A DNA stretch of 63,706 bases, filler included, from Octopus bimaculoides (Eukaryota): the NCBI RefSeq assembly GCF_001194135.2. It is 4 parts of 4 records of this genome, joined end to end, with 100 filler letters (N's around TTAATTAATTAA, not from the genome) between each part and the next. Parts side by side here need not be neighbours in the genome. Positions count along the whole stretch, not along the records: positions 1 to 28,713 come from NC_068981.1; 3 more parts are not named here. One strand, written 5' to 3'. Position 1 is the stretch's first letter, and each line of letters opens with the position of its first letter. The position numbers were made by a program, and so were the translations under genes. The notes beneath the pieces were generated by a model. The model ran no database searches. It was given only the letters and a program-made list of their open reading frames with translations, and was not told the origin of the DNA. Shown here piece by piece: positions 1 through 13,991 of the stretch.

Positions 1-1147
1 TTGAAAATGCAATTTTAAAGATGTTTATTCACTTGACCGGTTTCCCTTTTATAGAAAAAGATTGTCAAAAGTAAAATGTAAAGCTTTGCATAAGCTTTGT
101 TGTGTTAAGTACTAGTGGTCACAAAAGTATTAAAATACAGATATACATTCTTTGATAATAATAAGAAAATGTTAAAAACAGTTTACAAAAGAGTATTCAA
201 CAAAAAATATTAGGAGTTCAATAAGAATCATGTGTATGCGTGACTCACGCACACATACACACACGCGAACAAACACACACACACAGCACCCTGACAAATA
301 CCAATCACACACATACACACACACACCACCAGGACAATTATAACAAGACAAACATACTCAGACAGAGACACACAAACTGTCACGTACACACACACACATA
401 ACATCCCCACCAACACAAAAACACAAAAACATACATACACACGCACCCACAGACGCACACATACACACACGTGAACAAACACATACACACACATGCGCAC
501 ACACAGCACCCTACAAATATTAATCACACACATACACACATACACCATACTACTAAATATAAAACACACACAAACCGATATAAACTCGCTACAATAAACT
601 CTGTGACCAATCAAAAACGAGTCACACACACAAACACAAACGCATCTATATACACACATAGAGATGTGCACAGAGACACACACACTCACAGCATTCTGAC
701 CTCTAGGACCAGTCCCCAAAACCACTGAACCATGACAGACTAGGCCAGAAGCAAAAACATCCTTTCAATTCGGCATTGCTCTTCCTTCCCCCACCCCAAC
801 CAGCCTCCCACACTGTTTCTTAAAATAGTAATCATTCCCTAGCTACACACAAGAGAGAAAACATGTTAAAAAGACAGTCGGTTCCTCGCCAGTTTTTGTA
901 CTACCAAACAAACATGATTTTTATTGAATTCTTAATACTTTTTCTTGAATACTCTTTTGTAAACTGTTTTTAACATTTTCTTATTATTACCAAAGAATGT
1001 ATATATATATATGTTTTATACTTTTGTGACAACCAGTATTTAACACAGCAAAGCTTATACAAAGCTTTACATTTTATTTTTGACAATCTTTTTCTAAAAA
1101 AGAGAAACCGGTCAAGTGAATAAACATCTTTAAAATAGCATTTTCAA
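1..1147. mobile_element. Long-TIR (MITE/foldback-like) element, ~230-bp inverted arms with a CA-rich interior; may extend left of the window
   Basis: 1-~232 (ttgaaaatgcaattttaaagatgtttattcacttgaccgg...) is the reverse complement of ~912-1147 (...ccggtcaagtgaataaacatctttaaaatagcattttcaa) at high identity. Confidence 0.75.
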
Positions 1148-4100
1148 ACCTTCTTATTTTATCGATCTCGAAAGGAAAGAATGCAAAGGTCTTGGGCAGA
1201 ATTTAAACTCAGAACGAAGGGCGGGCGAAATGCCTCTAAGTGTTTTCCGCCTCCGTACTGACGTTTCTACCAGTTCACCGCTTAGAGATATCTGTATATT
1301 AAGCAATATGATATTGCAACATTTCCATTAGATCGCAGTCTCACGAGGATGAAATTCTAGCATCTTTAAAAATGTCGACTTACACATATACTCAGTTNNN
1401 NNNNNNNNNNNNNNNNNNNNNNNNNNNNNNNNNNNNNNNNNNNNNNNNNNNNNNNNNNNNNNNNNNNNNNNNNNNNNNNNNNNNNNNNNNNNNNNNNNNN
1501 NNNNNNNNNNNNNNNNNNNNNNNNNNNNNNNNNNNNNNNNNNNNNNNNNNNNNNNNNNNNNNNNNNNNNNNNNNNNNNNNNNNNNNNNNNNNNNNNNNNN
1601 NNNNNNNNNNNNNNNNNNNNNNNNNNNNNNNNNNNNNNNNNNNNNNNNNNNNNNNNNNNNNNNNNNNNNNNNNNNNNNNNNNNNNNNTATATATATATAT
1701 GTATAGAATTCTGAGCCCATGGTATACTCATGTGACTTGCTCGAAACAGCAACAAATCTCCTCTAGTAATACCCAGCCATCTTCGAAAATGAAGGACACA
1801 TTGGATAATGAGTTTCTAAACTGTATCACAAACACACACACACACACACACATACACGCGCGCGCGCGCACACACACACACACAAGTACAGCGCATTTAT
1901 TGCTGGAATGCTTTTAACCACGTGTCTGCTCGATGAGGATTGACCGGGGACTAAACATCAACAACAACAACAACAACAACAACAATTTAGTCATGATAGA
2001 ATTAGTGCGTTCATATAATGGAAATTATGTCAGCAATATCAAACACGCCCGAAATGAGAGGATATAAATATATCCCAGCAAATATGAACGATTTAATGTT
2101 AAAGCACTCTGGTCACATTAACATTTACATTTGTCCTCGTTTTACCAATGATGTCGGGATCCATTAAGTAGATTAAACACAGAGATTCATAAATTTGTGG
2201 TATTTTGCCAGTGGCAGAAATCTTCGTGTTTATGATGCTGCGAGTAATAGAGATATCGGCGATTCCTTGCAGAGATAGGAATGTGATGGTTTGTCAAACA
2301 GAACAATGGGAAATGTTATTTAAAACTTTAAATAAAAGGTATTTGTTTCTTCGTCTCTCAGTACAAATATTCTAGAGTTTTTTCTTTAATTGAATCAACG
2401 GAATGTGTATAGTTTTATCGCGTGTATATAGCTGAGCTAATCCAATTTATATAGTTATATGATGTGAGAGTGTATAGTCAATTCAGTGTATATATATAGG
2501 CAGGAATTGGACATGCATCGGAGTATTAGTTTGGTGCATATAGGAGACTTTATTCAGTGTGTATAAAAGTATGGATTTAATATTTCTAGGAGCATCAGTT
2601 GGGTATATATCGGACCTTCTATTGAGTATGCGTTAGGGTATCAATTTACTATATTTGTCTACAAACATTGACTACAGTATAGCACTTTGGTTATTCATTT
2701 ATTCCTTTGTTTTTTATTCGTTTTAGTTATCAAGCAGCGGTCATGCTGGGGCTCTGCCTTGAAGAAATTTACTCGAACAAATCGTAGTTGCAATTTTTTT
2801 AAAAAAACATGGTACTTATTCTATCGCTAATACTGGTTGTCAAACGATGGAGGGTGACAAAGGCAGACACAAAAATCCACGCATGCATACTATAGAGATA
2901 CATACATACAAAAGTATATATATATATATNNNNNNNNNNNNNNNNNNNNNNNNNNNNNNNNNNNNNNNNNNNNNNNNNNNNNNNNNNNNNNNNNNNNNNN
3001 NNNNNNNNNNNNNNNNNNNNNNNNNNNNNNNNNNNNNNNNNNNNNNNNNNNNNNNNNNNNNNNNNNNNNNNNNNNNNNNNNNNNNNNNNNNNNNNNNNNN
3101 NNNNNNNNNNNNNNNNNNNNNNNNNNNNNNNNNNNNNNNNNNNNNNNNNNNNNNNNNNNNNNNNNNNNNNNNNNNNNNNNNNNNNNNNNNNNNNNNNNNN
3201 NNNNNNNNNNNNNNNNNNNNNNNNNNNNNNNNNNNNNNNNNNNNNNNNNNNNNNNNNNNNNNNNNNNNNNNNNNNNNNNNNNNNNNNNNNNNNNNNNNNN
3301 GTGTGTGTATGTGTGTGAGCGTGTGTGCGTGCGCGTGTGTGTGTGTGTGTGCGTGTGTGTATGTGTGTGAGCGTGTGTTCGTATGCGTGTTCGATATAAT
3401 TATCTCCTCTCTCTTGATCTCTGTACTAACTTATAATCACAAAAAAGTTACAATTTATAGTAATTATGAACAGAATTATGTATATGAATTTATAAGCACA
3501 AGCAGTAACACGGTTTACACAACTGAAACAGCATCAAATTAAAAATTGTCATTTGTGTATCATACTAAATGTATGCACAATGTTAGAAAGCAAGACGTTG
3601 AGTAATTGTCGGAAATAAAATCTATTTATAGAATTGTGCTCAAAATAGTCGCCAGCGACGTTGTTTAGTATGTTTGCTTCCCGACCGCATGATACCGGGT
3701 TCAGTCCCACTGCATGGTATGTTGGACAAGTTGAAGAGGAAGATAGCTTTCCGTGTGCGCTATCCAATGTTTGATTATAAAGTTTCCTTTAGATTTCTTT
3801 TTATTTAATATCTCTCTTCGTATTTTCGAAAATTTGCGTGGGTGTGTTCACTGCAACCACCATTGTTATTAGCGACTCTTGCCGCCACCACCGAAATAGA
3901 CATATTAAAACGCAAATAAACAATGCATAATGCATATTCACGAAAATATATGCACATAATAAAAATATTCCTGCATACAGATCTTTTCCATTTTAGGCAA
4001 TGAGGTTGACGTTTAAATAAACTGAAATATTGTGTTAGTGAAACGACGACAACAACAACAACAACAAAAGCATCAGCAGCAGCTGCAACCTTTTTACATC

Positions 4101-4956
4101 AAGAAATTTTGGAATAAATCACCTGAGAAGAGGGCGGTGAAACTTCATATAAGAATACTAAATATTATCAATAATATTCGTTGAATCACACATTTATATT
4201 CTTATTTTAACACATTACTCCATTCTTTGTAAATTGCTTCGGAAATATGTTTTAAGGTAGAGAGGAAATGACATACATATATGACACCTCTATATTGTAT
4301 GAGAAATAATGCTTAAATATAAAGAGAAAATAAACATATACCAAATGATATCTGATGATCTTTGCTAAGTACAAAATGTTAATTTTACAGCTTTCTTTTT
4401 TTTTTTAAGGAAATACACAGCAGAATCATGAAATGGGTTTCTATCTATAGAATATGACAAGAAATTCTACTAATGCACGAGATGGCATGCATTTTAACTG
4501 TTGGAAACAAAGCTATTATATTCTTCAATAAAGGCGGTAACTTGGTACGAAAGATGAACAGAAATTTTAAAATGCTTGCATGATTTTGACAGTAATTTTA
4601 TTTCCCAATGTGCGTATATTCAACCACTTTAACAGTTTACAATGGCATTTACATTACTTATCTGACATCCATAAAATATGTGGCAGACTCTCCTGTCGTA
4701 AACGACATATGAGGGTTCCACGACCTTCACAATTGATTTGTTTATATTGATCAAATATTTGTGGTGTTCTTTAGCTCACTCTCTCCATCAAATGGACATT
4801 GCCGGCGCGGGTGCATGGTATGCCACACCTCATATGCTGAAGTGATCGCAGAATAACGTAAAATGAAGCCTTTTGCACAACGCACACTCCGGTCCTTGAA
4901 ACGAAACCATGATCTTGGGATTGTGTGTGTAACACACTGACAATTGGATCACTCAC

Positions 4957-5017
4957 CTTCACACGATACAATATGGACGCGTAATATGTTGCATAGATTA
5001 GTGTTGGAAGTAATTTC
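4957..5017 (-). other. Isolated exon-like segment (61 nt)
   Basis: Minus strand atgttatgtag|GAAATT...GTGAAG|gtgagt; two frames are open; no linked exons found. Confidence 0.2.
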
Positions 5018-5289
5018 CTACATAACATATACGAGAGGAAGTTTCCAAGATATTTTGCAGACGCCCACATATTATGAGAGGTATGTAATGAAGCAGGTGA
5101 TATTGAATTAATAAGTCTGCAGCAGGCATAGCGACGTAGTTAAGATCTGGCGTCGCAGTCTCATGATTCAAGGTTAGGGTCACTGTATGGCGCATTAAAC
5201 ATGAGTATTTCCTTAGGATTAGATTGAGCAAAGCTGTCTGAGTGAAACTTATTAAAGAGAAACATGCATACATGTGTGTGTGGGTATGT

Positions 5290-6660
5290 ATGTATGTATG
5301 TATGTAATTATTCAGTTTATTTCAAGATTTCTTGCCAATAGAGAAAGAACAGGTTTCTAACCTAGATCCAAAGCTCATTGGAATTTCCACATCAACTACG
5401 TTTTGTTGTATGTATGTATGTATGTATGTATGTATGTATGTATGTATGTATGTATGTATGTGCAGATTTGTATGTTTTATGTTTCTATTCTCATGCATAT
5501 AGTTGCATATCTAGACATGCTCATATATATTTAAATGATAAACTTCTGGAAAGTTTTACAGAATTTTACAGTTCCAGTCATGGATTGGATTTGTTGTCTT
5601 CGAATTAGCTTTCTCCTTTCTGGTTTCGAGAAACCTAATTTCTCAAGATTGGTTTTGAGGCAGTATGTTATATATTCCAGGGGGCCCCAATAATTACAGG
5701 TATTAAACTGATAGAGTAACTGCAGATTTCTGAATAGCTCAGCGTAAGTGTTCTCTTTTTCACTGATCTTAGAACTGTGCACAGTTTCTCTTCTCTATCC
5801 CAAATCATTATATCAGGTCTGTTGTACTTACATTTTATTGAGGTCTTCACTTCTACAATCCACCAGTATTCCTTTTTATTATGAGTGGCTATGGCTTCTA
5901 CTATATCGTGGGTTCTTATTTCTTTGTCCTCGGGATTATCCTTCTGGCGGACTTCATTATAGAGTGTCCTAGCTGCAACGTCATGTCTCATCTGTAGATA
6001 ATACCGTGATGACATTTTCGGACAACTGCTTATGATGTAGATGATATCTTCAGTGTGAACTCCATAAAGTCTGCATCGATTGTCATATTTTACAGCTTTT
6101 CTGACATCTTTGTCCCTTTTGTGCATCGGGTATTTGGTTGATATTTTCTGTTCCTGGGTTGCAAACACATACCCTTCAAAGTGGGAGGTAGTAATTTGGC
6201 TATTCGTCCATGATAAACTGCTTTGATGATTGATGTTTCTATCATCACGAGCTTTCTACTAACATATCCATGCATAGTCTTCTGCTCATATATGCTCATC
6301 CTTTCATCTGATAAAACGTTGCGGCAAAGTCGTGCGACTTTTTGGGGCACGTATTCTAGGTTATCAGACAAAGAGTGTTGCTCCAGGAGCTGTCTTCCAA
6401 GTCTTATAATGTTATCAACCACATGTGTGCAAACTTGGTTAAGGGATGCACTTCGGCACTTGGTGGTGTTAAAAGATGTTGTCGAAGGGATATGATACGA
6501 CATTCAAAGGAATTTTGGATCGATGTTAAGCCTCTGGCACCTTGTTTTCGTTTTAGGTAGGGGCGGTCTACGTCACTGGTTATGTGGAAATTATGCGTAC
6601 TTAGTATTTTTCGGGTTTTCGCATCAATGACTCGGATCTCATCAAGCGTTCAATCAAGAA
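5290..6660 (-). mobile_element. Degenerate R4/Dong-like non-LTR retrotransposon 3' part (RT C-terminus, CCHC knuckle, RLE endonuclease, 3' UTR, (CATA)n tail)
   Basis: Minus-strand translation gives IDAKTRKIL..NFHITSDVDRPYLKRKQGARGL (post-RT), CRLYGVHTEDIIYIISSC..RHD (decayed CCHC) and KYNRPDIMIWDREEK (PD of RLE); contains stops and frameshifts. Confidence 0.85.
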
Positions 6661-7299
6661 ACCCTCTATATGTATGTATGTATGCATGTACGTACGTACG
6701 TACGTACGTACGTAAGTATATATATATCTATGCGTGTACGTATGTGTGTGTGTGTGCAGATCTGTATGTATGTGTGTGGGCATAGAAATAGATCATTATC
6801 CAATTCATAACTCCAAGAGAAATGAGGTTTGTAGTTACGGCTCCCTCTATAACTACAGCTAGAAAGAATTTGTTTACCTGTTGAGCTGTTATTTTCGTTC
6901 TGTTCCTCGACTGTGTTGCTGCTGATGTTGCGTCCAGCCATGTTGTTTGTAGTTACTCTCCGCATGTTAAATTCAAGTTTCTATCGGAAATCACTACGAT
7001 CGTGAATAAAAGGCTCCCTCAATTAATTCATCTGAAGATTAACCAGTTATTTAACAAGGCTTATAGTTGTAGTTCCATAGTTCGAGATAATATTGATCGT
7101 ATTTTCGATAAATATTCTCCCACGCCAAATACGCGACTCGTCGCTTCGAGCATGTATGTATGTATGTATGTATGTATGTATGTATGTATGTATGTATGTG
7201 TGTGTGTATTGAAAGAGTGAATCTAAAAACACATGAAGGGACAAATAATAGCATGTAAATATTGGTTTGAAAGCCCCTTTTGGATACAAAATGTCATGG

Positions 7300-7365
7300 G
7301 CTGTCCATGAGATTCGAACCTGCGTACCTTGCAGACTTGACAAGCGTTCTATAACTGGGCGTCAA
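7300..7365 (-). repeat. tRNA-derived SINE head / tRNA pseudogene-like fragment
   Basis: Minus strand gcccagttatagaacgc...aggttcgaatctc: degenerate A box and a clear B box; no full cloverleaf. Confidence 0.45.
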
Positions 7366-7374
7366 CGATATATA

Positions 7375-7866
7375 CACACATACGTTCATATGTATGCACT
7401 TATGCTCTGTTGGATAATATGGCATTAAAAGAAAACACTGTTAATACTCACACGCTTGTATGCATACATACATACATACATACATACATACATACACACA
7501 TACATACATGCACACACATACATACATACACGCATTCATACACACATTCATACACACATACATACACACATACATACACATACATACATACACACATACA
7601 TACAAATATACATATACACATACACACATGCATACACACATACATAAACAAAGTACATACATTACACAGATGCACAAACACATAAATACATACAAACATA
7701 CATACACACAGACACATATATACATACAAACATACATACAGACAGACACACACATACACACACATACATATATACATACATACACCTAAACACATACACA
7801 TACATACGCACATACATACATACGCACATACATACATACAAATATACACTCATGCATGCATACATT

Positions 7867-7963
<97 letters not shown>

Positions 7964-7990
7964 ACATACATACATACATAAATACGTATG
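7375..7990. repeat. Compound (CATA)n/(CA)n microsatellite
   Basis: Directly visible; it explains the HTYI/VCMY ORFs. Confidence 0.95.
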
Positions 7991-9336
7991 TCTATACGTA
8001 CTTTCAATATCTTTTTGGACAGAAATGTATGAATGAAGCGAAATAGTTTCTATATTCTTCTGGAATTACATCAGAGACTGAACAAAGTCATTAACTATCA
8101 AAAGTCTCGAGTATTTTGCTCATCTCATAGGGCTCCGGTTTAGATGACTATTCCGTTTCCGTGCAGGAAAGTATCGTATGTGCAGACAAGATTTCAGTCT
8201 GTCTTTACATACAAATGATGACTAAAAATCTATAGACACATGTTGTAATACTGTATAATACTGAAACAAGGTATTATTAAACCACCTGCAATTTTTTAAT
8301 TAATTGAATTAACGAGCATTTAATTCAGCTAGTATTTTTTTCAAATTCCAAGCTTTTTTCCAAGGAGTCAAAGAATGAAACCTGCATATTAGCGTATCTG
8401 TTACAGAGTTTTAGGGAAAAAAAGGACATGTATAATATGGTTCTGTGTTCATCGTTCCTAATAAAGAATATGGAATGGGTTATTTCTTTAAAGAACCCCA
8501 AGTACGAAGCCCTTTACCTTCTCCCCACTCACCAATCAGACTTGTACACCTCCGTTTTTTACCCCCTTCGCACTTTGTATTATACATGGTCTCATGTATG
8601 AACCTATAAGAAATTCACAATGAACGTCCATCGCACCACCATCACCGGATTAAAACAACATCTAAAGGGAGATAAAAATAATATCTTTTCCACTGAGATT
8701 AAAACAATAGCGTAGGTCATATGAGGGAGATTTGGCAGCTATATTTAACGGATCAAAAACTGCTTTGAAACTCCATCATTGGTAAATAAATACAATAATT
8801 TTTGTCAGGCGTTCTATTAATTCTTTCAGTATCTTCACTGGGATTTCAGTGGGATTGAATATTTATTACTCTCATGAAACTGGATGAGTAACGAGATAAT
8901 ATATCAATGAGACGAATCTTTAATCTTCATTTAATTCCTAGTTCGATTCGTTCCATTTCTATTGCTCATACATTAATACATGTTAATTCCATTTATGCTA
9001 CTGTAAATTCGTTTGGCTTCAGACTCTGTTACACAATTCATTTCTTTCCTCGGTGATATATAATTTTAAAGAAATAAGATATACTAAAGATACAATATTA
9101 TTAGAAAATTAAGTTCTTCTTGACGCCAAAACCCTGAAATTTATTTACTGTTCATGAAGAGATATTTTTTTTCCGAATGGAAAGAAGAAAAATATATCTG
9201 TAGATAAATTGTTTACCCAAACTTAAGAAACTTTTGTTGGAATCTATCTGAACGTAGTATGTATTTCATGGATATCATTTCCTACATGTCTTAATATTTT
9301 TATGGTTGTTTTGTTGAAGTTTCATTTGAAAATAAA

Positions 9337-9374
<38 letters not shown>

Positions 9375-9422
9375 ACACGCGGGCACGAGCGCGTACACGC
9401 ATACATTCACATTATTATTAGT

Positions 9423-9850
9423 AAGGCGGTGAGCTGACAGAATTGTTACCGTGCCGGGCAAAATGCTTAGTTGCATTTCGTGTGTCTGTGTCCTGAGTTC
9501 AAATTCCGCCAAGGTTGACTTTGACTTTTATCCTTTAGCGGTCGATAAAATAAATACCAGTTGAATACTAGGGGCGATGTAATCGACTTATTCTCTCACC
9601 CAAACCTGCTGGCCTTGTGCCAAAATTTGAAACCGTTATTAGTAAGGCGGTGAGCTGACAACCGTTGGCACGCCGGATAAAATGCTTAGGGTAATCTCGC
9701 CTATTTTTACGCTCCGAGTTCAAATTCCTGCCGAATACAATTTTGCATTTCATCCTTTTGCGGTCGATAAAACAAAACCAGTTGAGTACTGGGGTCGATG
9801 TGATCGACCTACCCCTCACGCTGGTTGTGTGCCTATAGTAGAAAGGATTA
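9423..9850 (+). mobile_element. Two tandem copies of the dominant tRNA-derived SINE (family A, Meta-domain-like core)
   Basis: ggcggtgagctgacagaat..(A box)..gagttcaaattcc (B box)..ttttatcctttagcggtcgataaa..taccag core, present twice. Confidence 0.85.
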
Positions 9851-11237
9851 TTATTAATATTATTGTAAAGAGGGCAATAGTTTCGTAGAACTTGTTGAGA
9901 ATCGATGGAAAACGTTTTGTGGTATTTAGTTTTATCCTTTTTTTTATGCGTTCAAGTTTTGCCAGAGTTGACTTTGATAGTCCTTCTTTGGGGGTCAGTG
10001 AAATAATTCAGTCAAATCCTTATGCCGAGTGAATCTATTGACACTTGTTTCTTTTCCCACACCGTTTGTGGCCTTGTTCTGATGTTAGTTATTACAATTA
10101 TATTAATTATTATGGAAACTATCACCATTACTTCATTAGAAAACGCTTGTATATTGCAATAATGAAAAAATAATCTCTCAATGGCACAAAGTGATTATCT
10201 GGTTGACAAGTGGTTGCTGAGATGGTCACAAAATCTAATGAGAACGTTAATGCATATTTATTCATAGAACCTTGTTTCGTATCATTTACTCTGAAATTAC
10301 TATTTAGACTTGAAGCACCAAATAATTGACAGCTTTCTAATTAAATCAAATGAAAAACATTAAAATACGGTGGATTAGAAAGTCTAATTTTCTTAATAAA
10401 ATACTTTTTTTCTACTGATACACAATTGGTAACCAGCACAGTATATTTTCACTTGGTAAACATGTGTAATTGAACGCTAACGTGTTTAGGCCATCTATCA
10501 ACCTGTCAATTGGAGACAATCTAAATATTCGAACGACTAACAGTAATTTCCTTTATATTGATTAGAATAAATCATTTACAGTTCCTAAAACAAACAAAAT
10601 ACATCTTCAAATGTTCCATTTTAAAACTACATGTTGCATTATTCTTGCAGTCTATGTGTAAAACTTTGTTTTCCATTTATATTCAATAGAAATAGAAAGC
10701 ATCCATTAATATTCATTTCCATTGTGAATTTAGTCAATACAGAGTTGAAGTTAATCGAAGTGAACGTAAGATTTATATATGTGTTGTTCTGAAACTGGCA
10801 GATGCGGGTTCACTTGGCAATTTTCAGAAGTCGTAAATTGCTAATGGCTTTCGAAAAATGTCGTCGGAATTAATGAAAACGAGATATTTATAAGGTCGAG
10901 AATGTCGTAAAGTTTGGAATGAATAACAAGACTTGGTGCATTGCTGTTGACTAGAAGACTTATTGGCTGCACTGTGACTGGATTCAAAGTGGTTCTACCT
11001 TTAACTTGTAAATTGTGTTATAGAAAAATTCTTTAATTTGATATCCAACATAGCGATGCTGTTATACCAGTGGCATCACCGTGTTACTCTCTACTGAATA
11101 TTCAACAACTATGGCTACAAGCTCTTTTAGAAATGATACACAGCTTTTGCAGATTATATATTTTATAAGTAAACTGATTCATTTCGAGAGAGTATTTTGA
11201 TAATTGTTAGCTATGAAAGAGCAAAGAATATTTATTG

Positions 11238-11898
11238 TTGATTCAAAGACTTTCTGACTACATACTCATTAGGATTGGATTCTCAACGCAAATAATAAAC
11301 GGTTACTATTCTACTAATATTATTGATATTCAAATATAAAATGTATACAACTAAATTATTCTCATACGTATGTCTAGATAAACATAGGTTCTATCTCGTT
11401 GTGTATATACATCTTCTTTTTAATACATAGGATTATAACGTGAAACAGAACTAAAACGAAACGATTTAGCATCGACTGGTCATTGACGTCTTGAGACCAG
11501 TGTCTATTTTAATTCCTTCCTTAGAAAGAGGAATGAGCTTAAGGCTACGTTCAAAAAATAAATACTATGAGTAATAGGCACCGATATGCCTCCTTTGCAT
11601 ATCCGGGGAACAATGCAGTATCTGGGAATTCTGCGAATTACCACATGAGTATATTACGAAACTTGCGAAGTAACTTTTCTTTTAGTTCTGTTTCACGTTA
11701 TAACCCTGTGTATTAAAAGGAGGATGTATAAACACAACGAGATAGAACCTATGTTTATCTAGACATACGTATGAGAATAATTTAGTTATATACATTTTAT
11801 ATTTGAATATCAATAATATTAGTAGAATAGTAACCGTTTATTATTTGCGTTGAGAATCCAATCCTAATGAGTATGTAGTCAGCAAGTCTTTGAATCAA
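11238..11898. mobile_element. Long inverted repeat / foldback element, ~219-bp arms and ~223-bp spacer
   Basis: 11238-11456 is a near-perfect reverse complement of 11680-11898. Confidence 0.85.
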
Positions 11899-12214
11899 AT
11901 AACTTGCAGACGATAAGCAGGATATGGACTAAGGCGTTTTATCTACTTTGAGGAAGACATTCGTTCTAAGTCGCACTTTAGTCACACTGGCAGGCTTATT
12001 ATCGATTTAAATGTAAAAAAACCAAAAAACCAAAAAACAAAAAAAACCCAACAACAAGTAATTGATTCCAGGGATCAAATGAGCTATTGGGAGAGTTCTC
12101 TTTTCGTTTGCTCGATTTGGGGAAGAACCTAGAGTCTTTGTAGGCTCTTCGAGATCGTTGAAACTCATATTTTTTTTTATCCTCCGCCCAAACATTACAA
12201 TTCAACATCTACAG

Positions 12215-12760
12215 AATTGACATGATGAGAGAGATAGTTCCAGACGACTGGCGTTATGGGACAGAGGGTAAAACAGATGTGGGGATTTCTACACATATGG
12301 GATTAGAAGAGGAGAGTGAGTCGGAGAGGTCTGAATCGAGGTAGCCGAGACCAGTGAACTCGAAAAACAGAGGTCATAGTACTGGCAGTAGATTTGGGGA
12401 ATGGGGCCTGTGAATGAATTTATTCTAGTGACTCCAGTGGTCTCTCTCTAGATGCAGTCTTAAATGCATATCTGTGCAGCAACAGCACTGCTTCAGACGT
12501 GTGAACAATGCTCAATACACCATTGCAAGGTTCACATGAGCCTTCTAAAGTGTTAGTAATTGTGACGAGGTATTTTCTGGACTTTCTGAATTGTGGTTTT
12601 ATCAATGTTAACGATGTGCTTTTGCCACGTGAGTGTCACTCTGTGATACTGAAGCCTAATATCTGCAAGATCGTGTGTGTTAAGGAGCAAAGATGTTTTC
12701 TTTATATGAATAGCATTTGTGTTTTTGTGTGTCGTCGAAGAAAAAGACAAGACTGATATG
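12215..12760 (-). mobile_element. Degenerate CR1/L2-clade LINE 3' fragment (RT C-terminus)
   Basis: Minus strand yields TLTWQKHIVNIDKT..., EHCSHV and YCQYYDLC.S, matching the W..HI / EYCS..W / FY.YY region of L2/CR1 ORF2. Confidence 0.65.
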
Positions 12761-13080
12761 TTATATAAAGAAAATATAGAATATTACCGGTTTCAATGAT
12801 GAATCTCATCTTATCAAATATTAGTAGGCATTTTTAGAAATTTGAAGTGAAAGCAGTTCATCTTCTGTCTGGGGGTCAGAACCGTCTTTTTTGAGCCCCC
12901 AGACAGAAGGTAAACTGTTTTCACTTCCAATTTTTATAAAGTTTTACTAATATTTGATAAAGACCCCCCCAGACAGAAGATTAACTGTTTTCACTTCAAA
13001 TTTCTATAGATTTTTACTAATATTTGACAAGATGAGATTCATAATCGAAATTGGTAATATTTTATATTTTCTTTATATAA
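12761..13080. mobile_element. Palindromic MITE-like element, ~117-bp arms, with a partial internal duplication of the right arm
   Basis: 12761-12877 is the reverse complement of 12962-13080; 12894-12961 is an extra direct copy of part of the right arm. Confidence 0.8.
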
Positions 13081-13202
13081 TTTTAAAATCATTTTATTAA
13101 ATTCTTTCTAAATTGAAATGTCGTAGATCTACTTCTGTGCTATTTCCACCTCTATCTTTTATATATAAAAATTTGATTTGTATAAATCTCTAACTTTATT
13201 CC

Positions 13203-13243
<41 letters not shown>

Positions 13244-13943
13244 TACTGTATGTAATATGTATTTGTGCATGCGTGAATCTCATGTTTAATGCCCTTAAGA
13301 ATCTGGACACCGTGAAAATTTCTATGAAGGATATAGTACATAAATTTTATGTAAACTTACGCCGGAGCTTTCACCACATCAGATCGAGTATCTTTGACTC
13401 TTTTTAGAAATTTCACCAGTATTGAACACATTGATGTCGATTACTAAACATTTTCAGAGAAATGTTTAAAATTAAGTATAGACGAAAAGATAGGACCATG
13501 AGAGCACATTAGTTTCCTTATTGTAAATATAAATGAATAATGTAATGGACATTGAATACGTGCCGCACAGTAGCAAAGTTGAAGAGTAAAAAAGGAAAAA
13601 ATTGAAATTTGTTAGGAAAAATAATCATGCGTATATATCTATATACGTATGCAAGTATGTATGTGAGTAAGTATGAATGCGTCTGTGAGCGTGTACGCGT
13701 TTGTACTCGCGTCTATCATTCATAGTCGTTTAGAATTATTTTCAATGAAATATTATATTATAGGTCATTCATTTACAGCTTTATACGTTACTATTGCAAA
13801 AATTTTATTAGCTTTCATGTTCCTTTTACTATTTGTCGATAACTTTCACAGTCTCACGCCTCTCTCTCTTTATCTTCACACGTATATGTTTCTATTTATT
13901 TTAGTCAGATATTTTAGATGTTATGTTTTATTGGGATATTTAC

Positions 13944-13991
13944 AGTTGGATATTTTTGGCGCTTCATCAATGACAGGATTAAGGCCATTAT
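13944..13991 (-). other. Isolated exon-like segment (48 nt, phase 1-1; xNGLNPVIDEAPKISN)
   Basis: Minus strand tttttgttcag|ATAATGGCC...TCCAACT|gtaaat with an open frame; not linked firmly to a gene. Confidence 0.3.

Noticed and set aside
6960-7100. Possible ribozyme in the putative 5' region of the R4-like element (CAGAUGA...GAAAC on the minus strand)
   Set aside because: The core is non-canonical and no adjacent helix II or helix I could be drawn.
228-8046. His/Thr/Tyr- or Val/Cys-rich ORFs (HTHT, VCVC, YIYI, LSLS, poly-N/I/L types here and throughout)
   Set aside because: Translations of microsatellites; no splice or homology support.
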